Below, piece by piece: positions 62,811 through 64,000 of a DNA stretch of 64,000 nt (position 1 is the stretch's first letter; every line of letters starts with the position of its first letter). The position numbers and the translations under genes are program-made. The notes beneath the pieces are model-generated. The model saw only the letters and a program-made list of their open reading frames with translations, did not search any database and was not told where the DNA came from. The DNA lies in contig NC_043002.1 in NCBI RefSeq assembly GCF_006345805.1, positions 54,808,001 to 54,872,000 on the forward strand. Reading direction: 5' to 3'. The DNA comes from Octopus sinensis. Its lineage: Eukaryota.

Positions 62811-63364
62811 TGTGTGTGTTTTCAAGAATTTCTATTTTGAATAAGATAGCGAAGCACTTACATAATACTTAGAACTGCAAGTAAATCCATCTCTATCCAA
62901 ATTCCAGTCAAGTAATACAATATTTGATGCCATATATGAAACATTTTTTTTATCCCACCAGAATGTTTAAAAAAAAATCACCTTGGATCCTAGATGCCAA
63001 TTTGGACCTATATTACATGCGTTAAAGCACTAAAAAACTTGTTTTCCTCAAAATGAGCTGCTGAAATAAGGGGTGCGACTACAGGCATCTCTTATGCCAT
63101 CAAACATGGTAAAACGTAATTTGTCCTGCGGTTTTCTTTTCATGATTTAAAGTTTAATTAATTTACGATGTTGTAGTAAAAAGATAAACTAAATCTACAT
63201 GTTTATTAATATCACACACACGCACATACACACACACACACGGTTATCTTTTCTGCGTATGTTTGACACTTTTACCCTTTCCCTCTCTCTCTCTCTCTCA
63301 CATACACAGTCCCTCTCCATTAACAATCAATTGTAAGCATCACCTCTTCCCCTTCCTCTATTGC

Positions 63365-63400
<36 letters not shown>

Positions 63401-64000
63401 CAATACTCACTAATCAACATTAATTCCTCCCTCCCCTTCTCTCTCTTACTCTCTCATAACTTTACTCCGTCTCTTTCGTCTCATCAACCTTAAATTAACT
63501 CCTCCTGCTTCTCCTCCTTCGTTTTTCTTGTTCTCTCTCTCTCTTCGATCTCATTTCAAAATGCCACTGAGATGATTCCTATCCTGCCATCTCACAGAAT
63601 CGATAAAATAAAACAGCCATCAAGTACCAGAGCACATTTAATCGACAAATCCCTTTTCCCTATCTCACCCAAAAAGTTCTTTTGCCCAAATTAGAAACAA
63701 GAACACCTCATCTTACATCTCTTTCTTTTTCTCTTTCTCGCTCCCCTCTCTCTGTATGTGTGAATATATAAATGTGTGTGTAAGTGTGTCATACACATAC
63801 ACAAAGATTATATATTATATTGCAAAAATAATCAGGAACTTGACTGAGGATAGAAAACTCCGAATGACCCGTCCTTGTTTCCTTGTATCGTTTGTCTGGG
63901 TGTTTTGTTGTCCGTTTTTGTATCACCTCTCTTGATGTTTTGCGTTCTTGTCCCATTTTAGTATTTTATGTGTGTACGTATATATATATATATGTAAAGG

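Overview
Very AT-rich, microsatellite-laden eukaryotic DNA. Its repeat content (CORE-type and Deu/Nin-type tRNA SINEs, RTE LINEs with (GAT)n tails, (TA)n/(TATG)n/(TATC)n arrays) looks like an octopus/cephalopod genome; this is an inference. About 60 kb holds no recognisable host exon. The only convincing host coding sequence is a 40-nt first coding micro-exon at 60300-60339 (+), too short for the ORF track. It encodes MSRRKQSNPRPLL, the N-terminal NuRD-recruiting motif of FOG/U-shaped-type zinc-finger co-repressors, and has a CpG-rich candidate promoter and 5' exon about 1.4 kb upstream. Transposon relics are a decayed DD34D mariner, a DD41D-related element, a 5'-truncated RTE with an embedded PHD finger, a triple-C2H2 fragment and a Helentron/DINE-like element. 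The most striking unannotated structure is a set of minimal hammerhead-ribozyme (HHR) motifs of at least two families, with palindromic stem III and core variants U4C and A6U/C. They sit in (TA)n-flanked elements with near-perfect inverted duplications, the architecture expected of Penelope-like retroelement pseudo-LTRs or retrozymes. Nearly all ORFs in the supplied track are microsatellite artefacts. Repeat boundaries were read by eye and are approximate unless stated exactly.
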